Made by a program: the position numbers and the translations under genes. The notes under the pieces were generated by a model. It did not search any database, was not told where the DNA came from, and was given only the letters and a program-made list of their open reading frames with translations. This document shows positions 25,945 to 34,651 of a stretch of DNA of 40,218 nucleotides, piece by piece; the stretch's first letter is position 1; every line of letters begins with the position of its first letter. Source of the stretch: Bacteroidales bacterium (GTDB lineage: Bacteria; Bacteroidota; Bacteroidia; Bacteroidales; VadinHA17); NCBI GenBank assembly GCA_025454775.1, contig JALONU010000001.1, positions 1 to 40,218 of the forward strand, given 5' to 3'.

Positions 25945-27066
25945 ATGATCATGAGAAAAAATCTGATTCTGCTGCTTTGCTGTGTCGTACTAATCTTTAC
26001 AGGTTGCGGACCAAAGCAGGAAATGGTAAAGAAAGAGCTCTTCGGAACCTACAAGGGAGGCGAAGTGTATCTTCTCACTCTTACGAACAAGGATGGTAAT
26101 GTGCTTAAACTTACCAATTTCGGTGCAAGGATAACCTGGATTGAATTGCCTGACAGGAATGGCAATAAGGACAATGTGACTTTCGGCTTCGATACCTTCG
26201 ACGGCATGGTCGCAGGTGACCGTTACTTCGGAGCAGTTGTGGGAAGGTATGCCAACAGGATCGCCAGGGGAAAATTCACACTCGACGGTGTTGAATACAC
26301 GCTCCCGATAAACAACGGACCGAATTCACTTCACGGCGGGCCCGATGGATGGCACAGTGTTGTGTGGAACATTGAGATTGTAGAAAAGACTGAATACCCA
26401 ACAGTGAAATTCACCTACAGAAGCCCCGATATGGAAGCAGGATACCCCGGGAATATGGATGTTGAGGCGCTTTATACGTGGACAGACAATAATGAGATCA
26501 TCATTGACTACACACTTACAACCGACAAGAAGACTGTATTCAACATAACAAACCATGCATATTTCAACCTTCACGGAGCAGGCAATGGCGACATCCTCGA
26601 CCATGAGCTGATGATAAAGGCATCAAGGTTTGTTCCGGTTGACACCTTCCTTATCCCGACAGGAGAATACAGGCCGGTTGCAGGATCACCCTTCGATTTC
26701 ACAACACCGCATAAGGTGGGGGAGAGGATAAATGAGAATTACGATCAGCTCATTTTTGGCAAGGGCTACGATCATACTTTTGTTTTCGATAACACCGATG
26801 AAGTTGATGCCACCGTTTATGAACCCGTGAGCGGCAGGTTCATGGAAGTTATCTCCGACCAGCCGGGTGTTCAGTTCTATTGCGGAAATTTCCTTACTGG
26901 AAAGATGATAGGTCATGGAGGCAAGCCTTATAATTACCGTTCGGGTCTGTGTCTCGAAACAGGTCACTGCCCTGACAGTCCGAATCAGCCTGCATTCCCT
27001 TCCACGGTACTGAATCCGGGTGAAACTTTTAAGTCGAGAACTATTTACAGGTTCTCTGTTAAATAA
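25945..27066 (+). CDS. galM: Aldose 1-epimerase (galactose mutarotase family)
   Basis: 373 aa with lipobox IFTGC. Hallmark segment GAVVGRYANRIARGKFTLDGVEYTLPINNGPNSLHGG, plus TNHAYFNL and GLCLETGHCPDSPN. Confidence 0.9.
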   Translation: MIMRKNLILLLCCVVLIFTGCGPKQEMVKKELFGTYKGGEVYLLTLTNKDGNVLKLTNFGARITWIELPDRNGNKDNVTFGFDTFDGMVAGDRYFGAVVGRYANRIARGKFTLDGVEYTLPINNGPNSLHGGPDGWHSVVWNIEIVEKTEYPTVKFTYRSPDMEAGYPGNMDVEALYTWTDNNEIIIDYTLTTDKKTVFNITNHAYFNLHGAGNGDILDHELMIKASRFVPVDTFLIPTGEYRPVAGSPFDFTTPHKVGERINENYDQLIFGKGYDHTFVFDNTDEVDATVYEPVSGRFMEVISDQPGVQFYCGNFLTGKMIGHGGKPYNYRSGLCLETGHCPDSPNQPAFPSTVLNPGETFKSRTIYRFSVK

Positions 27067-27084
27067 TTAACAGAAATATTGAAG

Positions 27085-27130
27085 CGCTGGTTATGAGCTT
27101 TGTACAGTTCATCAACCAGCGCCTTTTATA
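27085..27130 (+). terminator. Hairpin plus T-run downstream of galM
   Basis: 9-bp perfect stem GCGCTGGTT (27085..27093) / AACCAGCGC (27115..27123) followed by CTTTTAT. The loop is long (21 nt), so confidence is modest. The ATG at 27093 sits inside this structure, which favours 27132 as the next gene's start. Confidence 0.4.
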
Positions 27131-27131
27131 C

Positions 27132-27737
27132 ATGAATAACCAACTTCTCATAGCAATCATTCTTTCTGTCTTTTTTATTTCCGGCTGCGACGGCAGGAAG
27201 GAAAGAAAAGCAGAACCTCAAAGCCCCAATAGTGTGCAGAGGGTCAATCCACAACCTCTGCCGGAGGTTTCGTTCCATGAGGCGGCATTGAACGGAGACG
27301 CAGGACAGGTCATCGCGCTGCTCGGAAGCGGAACGGATGTGAACCTTAAGGACCCTGAGGGACGGACACCTCTCATGTATGCTTCATACAACGGTCATGA
27401 AGAGATCATCAGGAAGCTGGTAGAAAAAGGAGCTGATGTGAACATGCAGGACCTTTACGGACGCAGTGCGCTTATGATGGCATCGTCGGGGTCTTATGCA
27501 CCTTCCGTAAAGTATCTTCTTGAACACGGGGCAAACCCGAACCTTGCTGATAAGGAGGAGCATTTCACTGCACTCATGTATGCAGCCGCCGAAGGGCAGC
27601 TCGATGTGATAAAGATCCTTCTGGCAAACGGGGCAGACCCCGGAATGAAGGATGTTGACGGTGATGATGCATTAAAATTTGCAGGCGACAATGGACATCC
27701 CGCAGTGGTGTCGCTGCTGAAATCGGTTAGAAAATAA
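27132..27737 (+). CDS. Ankyrin-repeat lipoprotein
   Basis: Start at 27132 gives MNNQLLIAIILSVFFISGC (lipobox). At least four ANK repeats follow (GRTPLMYASYNGHEEIIRKLVEKGADVN; GRSALMMAS...YLLEHGANPN; FTALMYAAAEGQLDVIKILLANGADP; GDDALKFAGDNGHPAVVSLL). Confidence 0.85.
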   Translation: MNNQLLIAIILSVFFISGCDGRKERKAEPQSPNSVQRVNPQPLPEVSFHEAALNGDAGQVIALLGSGTDVNLKDPEGRTPLMYASYNGHEEIIRKLVEKGADVNMQDLYGRSALMMASSGSYAPSVKYLLEHGANPNLADKEEHFTALMYAAAEGQLDVIKILLANGADPGMKDVDGDDALKFAGDNGHPAVVSLLKSVRK

Positions 27738-27742
27738 AAGAT

Positions 27743-28957
27743 ATGAAAAAATGTCTTCTGTTCCTCGTTTTCCTTCCGGCAGTTTCTGTTCTTTCCTGTA
27801 GTCATTCTTCTCCGGGTGACCGCTTTGCAGGATGGGATTATAAGCACATGCTGGTGGTAAAGAAGGATATAAAGAGCTCCTCATCTGTTTATTATCCTGC
27901 ATATATCAAACTCGTTGAGGATGCTGATGAAGCGATGACCTCAGGACCTTTCTCAGTTACTTACAAGGATATGGTTCCGCCGGGAGGAACAAAAAACGAC
28001 TATATGAGCCAGGGGCCCTATTGGTGGCCCGATACAACAAAACCTGACGGATTGCCATTTATCCGCCGCGATGGCGAGAGATATCCGCAGGCCGGGATCG
28101 ACCGCAGCCAGCTTGGAAACTTGATGGAATCGGTAAAAACCCTGTCTCTGGCCTGGTTCTTTACCGGAGAAATAAAGTATGCAGAAAGAGCAGCATTCCT
28201 GCTTAAGGTGTGGTTCCTCAACCCGGAAACACTGATGAACCCGCACCTTGAATATGCCCAGTCGATTCCTGGCATAACAACAGGAAGAGGGATAGGAATT
28301 ATTGATGTAAGAGGAATGTACACGCTTGTCGATGCCATTACTCTTCTTGAAAATTCAGGTGCAATTCACCCCGACGATATGAACGGGATAAAACGGTGGT
28401 TCTCTGATTTCTTTCAATGGCTTACAACCAGCAAGAACGGGAAAGATGAGGATGATTATAAAAATAACCACTCGGTGGCATATGATGTTATAGTAACTGG
28501 CATAGCCAGGTTCCTAGGCAATAATGAGTATGCTGCGAAAAAAATATCCGGGATGCCAGCCCGCCGAATAGATCCCATGATTGAACCTGACGGACGTCAA
28601 CCTGAGGAACTTATCAGAACAAATGCTTTTGGATACTCGGTATCCAATCTCGGGAATTTTTTTGATGCCGGAGAGACCGGGTTGAAGATGGGGGTCGACA
28701 TTTTCAGCTATTCAAATCCTGAAGGCGGTTCTCTGCGCCGGGCCCTCGACTTCCTTGTCTCATACATCGGGAGGGAAGACGATTGGCAGTGGCAGCAGAT
28801 AGGAGGCTTCAAGGGTTCAATGAACAACCTCGGGCTTCTTATCCGCCGGGCTGCACGCTACTACAACGATCCGGGGTACGACATTCTCTGGAAAAATAAA
28901 TTTGAAGAAAGCATGAGATCACACTGGAGCCTGCTCGTAATCCCGGGATTAAAGTAA
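27743..28957 (+). CDS. Alginate-lyase-superfamily (PF05426-like, alpha/alpha toroid) protein; candidate polysaccharide lyase
   Basis: 404 aa with lipobox VSVLSC. The segment GGTKNDYMSQGPYWWPDTTKPDGLPFIRRDGE matches the (D/N)Y.S.GPYWWPD signature I associate with 'alginate lyase family protein' entries. Starts 5 nt after the ankyrin gene. Confidence 0.5.
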   Translation: MKKCLLFLVFLPAVSVLSCSHSSPGDRFAGWDYKHMLVVKKDIKSSSSVYYPAYIKLVEDADEAMTSGPFSVTYKDMVPPGGTKNDYMSQGPYWWPDTTKPDGLPFIRRDGERYPQAGIDRSQLGNLMESVKTLSLAWFFTGEIKYAERAAFLLKVWFLNPETLMNPHLEYAQSIPGITTGRGIGIIDVRGMYTLVDAITLLENSGAIHPDDMNGIKRWFSDFFQWLTTSKNGKDEDDYKNNHSVAYDVIVTGIARFLGNNEYAAKKISGMPARRIDPMIEPDGRQPEELIRTNAFGYSVSNLGNFFDAGETGLKMGVDIFSYSNPEGGSLRRALDFLVSYIGREDDWQWQQIGGFKGSMNNLGLLIRRAARYYNDPGYDILWKNKFEESMRSHWSLLVIPGLK

Positions 28958-29069
28958 ATACTGTTTCACTTTAACGTCATCGATGCCATATCCCACTCTG
29001 CAGGGTTGAACTTCCTGTAATCGGGTTTGAAAGAGAGGTATCTCCCAGGATATTTCATACTTACATTCA

Positions 29070-29182
29070 CTTTGTGTTACTTCGCGATAACCTTTGAGTT
29101 CCTTCGTGGTTTGAAAGAATTTAACCACTAAGGCGCACAAAGGTCCCGATAATTATCGGGATCACAAAGGAGACACAAAGGG
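29070..29182. repeat. Word-array inverted repeat element C (CTTTGTG / CACAAAG words flanking GTGGTT...AACCAC)
   Basis: Left arm CTTTGTGTTACTTCGCGATAACCTTTGAGTTCCTTCGTGGTT. Right arm AACCACTAAGGCGCACAAAGG...ATCACAAAGGAGACACAAAGGG, with an internal mini-hairpin TCCCGATAATTATCGGGA. Lies in the 287-bp spacer between 28957 and 29245. Confidence 0.7.
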
Positions 29183-29244
29183 TTACGCAATTCCGGCAAA
29201 CAAGTAAGCTTTCAGGTAATTCAGTTTATTCTTAAATTGCGAAT

Positions 29245-30651
29245 ATGATTCATAGAACAGTCATAGCTTCTTTCCTCTTCCCCCTGTGCCTTGTAAACAG
29301 TTCCTGTCGAACCGGGAAGACTCCCGTTGAAGTTGACGAGAGCCATATGAGAGACTCTGTTGTACAGGTTATTGAAATCGACAGGGTATGGTCGGGACAT
29401 CCTGTGGGCTTTGCCCTTCTTACACATAACGGGCGCCAGTACATCGCATATTATAATGCCGGTCGCAATATGGTTGTCGGCCAGCGAGACCTGAATGATG
29501 ACAAATTCGATCTCCGGGTTATGCCTCCCACATATCGCGAAACTTCCGGGGGAACAAGCACAGTCCTTGGATGGGACAGCCACAACTATCTTACAATGGA
29601 TATTGACTGCCGGGATTTCATTCATCTTGCCGGCAACATGCATGTCGATCCGCTTACCTATTTCAGGAGCACTGCCCCGGAAGATATCTTTACTTTAAAG
29701 CAGCAAATGGAGATGACGGGAAGGGATGAAAAGAAATGTACTTATCCGAGGTTCATGAAGAACAGGGATGGGGAGCTGCTTTTCCACTACCGAGACGGCT
29801 CAAGTGGAAGCGGGAATGAAATATATAACATCTGGTCCTGCGAAACAATTAAGTGGAGCCGTCTCCTCGATCAACCGCTCACCGACGGAAAGGGCCTGAT
29901 GAATGCCTACCAGTCTCAGCCCACACTCATGGCTGATAACTGGTACCATGTATGGTGGGTCTGGCGCGACACTCCCGACTGTTCCACAAACCATGATCTG
30001 TCGTACATGAAGAGTCCCGATCTGAAATCCTGGTATAATGCAGATAATGAACCTGTGGAACTTCCTGCCACGATTGACAACAAAACGCTCATCATCGATC
30101 CGATCCCCGTAAAGGGAGGGATCATCAACCTTGCTGCAAAACTCTGTCTCGACGATAAACTAAAGCCGGTGTTCGCCTATCACAAGTATGATGCCGCGGG
30201 GAATCTCCAGTTTTACGTTGCTGAGAGGATTGGAGGCAGATGGGTTTCAAAACAGGTCACAAACTGGGACTACAGGTGGGAATTCTCAGGAGGAGGGAGC
30301 ATTGTTTTTGAAGTGAGGCTTAACAGTTTCATAAGGAGAAAGGATGGAATGTATGAGTTGAGCTATTATCACATAAAATATGGAAAGGGGACGCTTCTGC
30401 TGAACGATGATTTTCAAGTCGTTGGTACAGTAAAGAAACCCTCTTCAATATTCGACAGTATGAAACCAGAAGGCAGTTTCCCCGGACTTGCTCCCCTGAC
30501 CTCTGACGACCTTGGAAGATCTGATGAGCCCGGAGTAAGGTATATGCTGAAATGGGAGTCCCTTCCGAGCAACCGCGACAGGGCAAGACCGGAACCATGG
30601 CCCGATCCTGCCGTATTGTACCTTTATAAATTAAAAAGTCAGAGATTCTGA
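29245..30651 (+). CDS. BNR_4-like (PF15892-type) beta-propeller protein, function unknown
   Basis: 468 aa with lipobox-like LVNSSC. The segment DSHNYLTMDIDCRDFIHLAGNMHVDPLTYFRS, followed by LLFHYRDGSSGSGNEIYN, resembles the BNR_4 family signature as I remember it. Tentative. Confidence 0.45.
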   Translation: MIHRTVIASFLFPLCLVNSSCRTGKTPVEVDESHMRDSVVQVIEIDRVWSGHPVGFALLTHNGRQYIAYYNAGRNMVVGQRDLNDDKFDLRVMPPTYRETSGGTSTVLGWDSHNYLTMDIDCRDFIHLAGNMHVDPLTYFRSTAPEDIFTLKQQMEMTGRDEKKCTYPRFMKNRDGELLFHYRDGSSGSGNEIYNIWSCETIKWSRLLDQPLTDGKGLMNAYQSQPTLMADNWYHVWWVWRDTPDCSTNHDLSYMKSPDLKSWYNADNEPVELPATIDNKTLIIDPIPVKGGIINLAAKLCLDDKLKPVFAYHKYDAAGNLQFYVAERIGGRWVSKQVTNWDYRWEFSGGGSIVFEVRLNSFIRRKDGMYELSYYHIKYGKGTLLLNDDFQVVGTVKKPSSIFDSMKPEGSFPGLAPLTSDDLGRSDEPGVRYMLKWESLPSNRDRARPEPWPDPAVLYLYKLKSQRF

Positions 30652-30702
30652 ACTTCAAGTTGTCTTAAATCACTCATTGTAATATATACTTGCCGTAATA
30701 CT

Positions 30703-32346
30703 ATGAGAAGGTTAATTCTTTTTTTACCGCTTCTTTTAACAGGCACGATGTCTTTGGCACAGGTCTTATCTGAAGCTGAGAAAAACCAGTTGAATCTTCT
30801 GAACAAGACTTTTGCTGAAGATTCATCCGCGGTATCATTGAACTATTCATGGCTCCTGTACAGGTCCGGAGGGGAGGGTTCTAAAGTGAAAGCTGATTAT
30901 GTCCTTAACAGTGTAATTGCTCTGCAGGATCACAATCCCGAATCATTCATGTACGGCCAGTGGGGCTGGAGAGAAGATGAAGCGGGCAGAAGGTCCGGCG
31001 ACCAGAACAACGCCCTTTTCCAGGCCCATATCATGTTTTGCGGACTCTGGAATGAGCAGGATAAAATGTCACCTGAGACAAGGGAGAATTTTCTGCTCTC
31101 GTGCCGCCACATGACAGAAGCTGTTGTCAGGAGATGGGATTACGAGGTTTTTGATATCTACCGCGATTTTACCGCATACAGCAACGCCTTTGTAATGTAT
31201 GTTCAGACATTCATCCTTGCCGGTGAAAGGTTTGATAATGAGAGACTGAGGAAACAGGCACGGGCACAATGGACCAGGTGGTATAATCATATATCATTCT
31301 TCGGTATTGACGAATTTGCTTCGCCGGGCTATAACAGGGTAATATTCAACGCCCTCGACGACATCAGGAACTTCAGTCCCGACGAACGGATAAGAAATGA
31401 AGCAAAGGAGGTGATGGACCATATATACCTCCTGCAGTCAGCTATCACCCATCCGTTGCTCAAACTTCCACTATCAGGCATAAGCAGGGATTACAGGAAC
31501 TTTATAGCTCAGGGAGACATGCGGTCAGAGATCTTCATCAATCCGCTCCCTGCCTCCTATGATCCTCCGCATGAAGCAATTGAAATAAACCGGGACCGCA
31601 AATACCCTTTCGAAGTCACCGGCAAAGCATCTGCTATGCCTTTCATTTTCAGATCGTACCAGATGGAGAATGCAGCCATGGGAAGCATGACTGGCGGGGC
31701 AGTATTCCAGCAGCAGATACACTGTATTGCGGCAGTGGGTAAAAATGAGAACGAACGTGCAGTCGCCTTCCTGCAGGGATCCTTCACTCCTGTGAACGGC
31801 TATACTGATCAGATAGGGACTTCAACTTTATGCATTTATAACAGGCTCCCGGCTTACTGGCATCTGACTCAAAAGCACGGTGTATTGGATATGGATATAT
31901 ATAAAGAGACTTTCGGAGAGTTCGGACTGGGGATCACCCCCGGCTGGAAGGAGAAACTCAAAGCCCCTGATCATATCGTACTCGAGGCATATGGCTATGA
32001 CCTTCATATATTCCCTTTCCGGATCACCGAAGACAAAATCGTCCCCTGTGACCTTGAACTGAAACACCGTACGACAACCAGCCCGGTCTATCACCCCCGC
32101 CCGAGGGTGTTTGACGAATATGTGTTCCCTGAAGAACCTGAATGGTTTGGAGCGTACCTGGTTCTTGCAGAAACCGGGGAAAAGGTGAAAAAACCGGTAC
32201 TGGGGTACAGAAATGTTCAGGGTATCAGAACATTCAGTACAAACGTTGGACACACCATCAGACTTTTTGTTGCCGAAAAGGGCGATACACGTCAGTTATA
32301 CAATGTCGATCCTGCCCTGATACCGCTGCTGAAAATTTCAAGATAA
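30703..32346 (+). CDS. Secreted protein of unknown function (helical N-terminal half, beta-rich C-terminal half)
   Basis: 547 aa with a signal peptide (MRRLILFLPLLLTGTMSLAQ). I recognised no family motif. The composition suggests an alpha-helical toroid-like N-terminal half and a beta-sandwich-like C-terminal half, as in some lyases and hydrolases. Confidence 0.6.
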   Translation: MRRLILFLPLLLTGTMSLAQVLSEAEKNQLNLLNKTFAEDSSAVSLNYSWLLYRSGGEGSKVKADYVLNSVIALQDHNPESFMYGQWGWREDEAGRRSGDQNNALFQAHIMFCGLWNEQDKMSPETRENFLLSCRHMTEAVVRRWDYEVFDIYRDFTAYSNAFVMYVQTFILAGERFDNERLRKQARAQWTRWYNHISFFGIDEFASPGYNRVIFNALDDIRNFSPDERIRNEAKEVMDHIYLLQSAITHPLLKLPLSGISRDYRNFIAQGDMRSEIFINPLPASYDPPHEAIEINRDRKYPFEVTGKASAMPFIFRSYQMENAAMGSMTGGAVFQQQIHCIAAVGKNENERAVAFLQGSFTPVNGYTDQIGTSTLCIYNRLPAYWHLTQKHGVLDMDIYKETFGEFGLGITPGWKEKLKAPDHIVLEAYGYDLHIFPFRITEDKIVPCDLELKHRTTTSPVYHPRPRVFDEYVFPEEPEWFGAYLVLAETGEKVKKPVLGYRNVQGIRTFSTNVGHTIRLFVAEKGDTRQLYNVDPALIPLLKISR

Positions 32347-32365
32347 CCATTCAGATACCAGCATC

Positions 32366-34477
32366 ATGATTAAAGCCACAGAATATATTTTTCCCCGGAT
32401 CAGGATTTTAATGGTGACGACACTGATTTCATTATCGTGTTTCACTTCTGCTTCTGCTGAAACCGGATATGAGGCATGGCTGAGGTATAAACCGGTGGAT
32501 GACCCTGTCCTGTTAGAGGAATACAGGTCCATGGCAGGCACTATCAGAGTATTCGGGAAATCTGAGATAATCAATTCCGCTGTGGAGGAGCTTATTTCGG
32601 GAGTGACAGGAATTACAGGGATAACGCCATTTATATCAGCTAAGTACAGGTCGGGGATAATCATTGGTAAAGCATCAGATATACCAAAGTCATTATGCAG
32701 GTTCTCTTCTGATGAGTTAAGAAAGCTTGACACTGAAGGTTTCCTGATAAAGAGAAAGGGGAAGCGAATAATAATTACTTCAAGGGAAGACAGGGGTCTC
32801 CTGTATGGTGCATTTCACTTTCTGAGGCTCATGCAGATGGGTGAATCGCTGAAGGGAACCTATATTCTTGAGAATCCTGTTACCCCATTACGACTACTGA
32901 ACCACTGGGACAACCCGGGGATATTACCTTCAGGAATTCCGTCAATTGAACGGGGCTATGCTGGAGAATCAATATTCAGGTGGGACGAGCTTCCTGTACT
33001 GAACAGACGGTATACCGACTATGCCCGGATGCTTGCTTCCGTCGGGATAAACGGGACGGTAATCAACAACGTGAATACTGCCAAGAACGGCCTTGAAGGC
33101 TGGAAGCTGCTTACTCCTGAATATCTTCCCAAACTCAAAGCCCTGGCATCAGAGTTCAGGAAGTATGGTATCAGGTTATACATTTCAGTCAATTTCTTCA
33201 GCCCGGTAATGATATCCGGTATCAGCGACGCTGATCCTGCGAACAGCAGGGTAAGGCTCTGGTGGTCTGACAAAGTTAAGGAGATATACTCGGAGATACC
33301 CGATTTCGGAGGATTCCTCGTCAAGGCTGATTCGGAGGGAGAACCCGGCCCCATGAAATACGGAAGGACTCATGCTGAGGGAGCAAACCTTATCGCTTCT
33401 GCACTAGAACCATTCGGTGGGCTTCTCATATGGAGGGCTTTTGTTTACGGGCAGAAGGATCTGAGCCCCGACAGGGCATCCCAGGCTTATCAGATCTTCA
33501 AACCGCTCGATGGAAAATTTTCCGCAAATGCTGTTGTCCAGATCAAAAACGGACCGATAGACTTCCAGGTGCGGGAACCTGTATCTCCATTGTTCGGAGC
33601 TATGCCCTTTACAAACCAGATCATTGAACTACAGATAACCCAGGAATATACAGGTCACGACAAGCATGTCTGCTATCTTGTGCCACAGTGGAAAGAGATA
33701 CTTGATTTCGAGACTCACGCCAGGGGTCCGGGATCGACGGTCGCAAATATTATCAGTGGTTCTGTCTTCGGTAACAAATATTCAGGAATAGCCGGAGTAT
33801 CAAATATTGGCGCTGATCCCAACTGGACAGGGCACCTGCTTGCCCAGGCTAACTTTTATGGATTCGGCAGGCTGGCATGGAATCCTGCTCTCGAAACAGA
33901 ACAAATCACGGACGAATGGATAAAACTCACCTTCGGTAACGGAGAAAAGGTATATTCAGTCGTAAAAGAGATACTTCTAACATCTCTAAAGACCTACGAG
34001 GATTATACTTCTCCCCTTGGAGTGGGGTTGATGTGCAATGGAGGGAATACAGGCCACCAGGGACATTTCTCCCCTGCACCCTCATCGAGAGTCACGTATC
34101 ATAGGGCTGACAGGTCAGGTGTCGGGTATGACAGGACCATGAAAACAGGCTCGGGATTCACAGCCCAGTATAATGAACCGGTCCGTTCAATGTATGAATC
34201 CATTGAGACATGTCCCGACGAACTCCTGCTGTTCTTTCATCATGTGCCTTATAGTCACAGGCTCAGATCGGGCAGAACGGTCATCCAGCATATAATTGAT
34301 ACTCATACTGGAGGTGTGGAAATGGTCAGAAAATATTATGAGAGATGGAAAACACTTGACGGGCTTATAGATAGTGAACGGTACATGCATGTACTTGAAA
34401 GGTTAAGAGACCAGATCGGATACGCAGAAGTATGGCGCGATTCGGTAAATAACTATTTCCTTAAGCTATCGCGGTAA
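32366..34477 (+). CDS. aguA: GH67 alpha-glucuronidase
   Basis: 703 aa. GH67 hallmarks: ETGYEAWLRY just after the signal peptide, DTEGFLIK, RGLLYGAFHFLRLMQ, RLLNHWDN, ERGYAGESIF, GFLVKADSEGEPGP. The real start may be the internal Met at 32411 (MVTTLISLSCFTSASA). Confidence 0.9.
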   Translation: MIKATEYIFPRIRILMVTTLISLSCFTSASAETGYEAWLRYKPVDDPVLLEEYRSMAGTIRVFGKSEIINSAVEELISGVTGITGITPFISAKYRSGIIIGKASDIPKSLCRFSSDELRKLDTEGFLIKRKGKRIIITSREDRGLLYGAFHFLRLMQMGESLKGTYILENPVTPLRLLNHWDNPGILPSGIPSIERGYAGESIFRWDELPVLNRRYTDYARMLASVGINGTVINNVNTAKNGLEGWKLLTPEYLPKLKALASEFRKYGIRLYISVNFFSPVMISGISDADPANSRVRLWWSDKVKEIYSEIPDFGGFLVKADSEGEPGPMKYGRTHAEGANLIASALEPFGGLLIWRAFVYGQKDLSPDRASQAYQIFKPLDGKFSANAVVQIKNGPIDFQVREPVSPLFGAMPFTNQIIELQITQEYTGHDKHVCYLVPQWKEILDFETHARGPGSTVANIISGSVFGNKYSGIAGVSNIGADPNWTGHLLAQANFYGFGRLAWNPALETEQITDEWIKLTFGNGEKVYSVVKEILLTSLKTYEDYTSPLGVGLMCNGGNTGHQGHFSPAPSSRVTYHRADRSGVGYDRTMKTGSGFTAQYNEPVRSMYESIETCPDELLLFFHHVPYSHRLRSGRTVIQHIIDTHTGGVEMVRKYYERWKTLDGLIDSERYMHVLERLRDQIGYAEVWRDSVNNYFLKLSR

Positions 34478-34537
34478 AGAAAGATGGCAATTTATTCTCT
34501 GAATAAAAAATTTAATTAATTTCATCTTTCCTTATTG

Positions 34538-34632
34538 TTCTTTGTGTCGTCCTTTGTGTCCTTTGTGGTTAGAAAAAAAGCTTTTAAACCACTAAGGGAG
34601 CACCAAGGTAAAGCACTAAGGGGCACAAAGGG
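34538..34632. repeat. Word-array inverted repeat element D (same family as C)
   Basis: Left arm TTCTTTGTGTCGTCCTTTGTGTCCTTTGTGGTT (34538..34570), A-rich centre, right arm AACCACTAAGGGAGCACCAAGGTAAAGCACTAAGGGGCACAAAGGG (34587..34632). Lies between the GH67 stop and the transporter start. Confidence 0.75.
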
Positions 34633-34651
34633 ATTAAAACAATTTTGAAAA

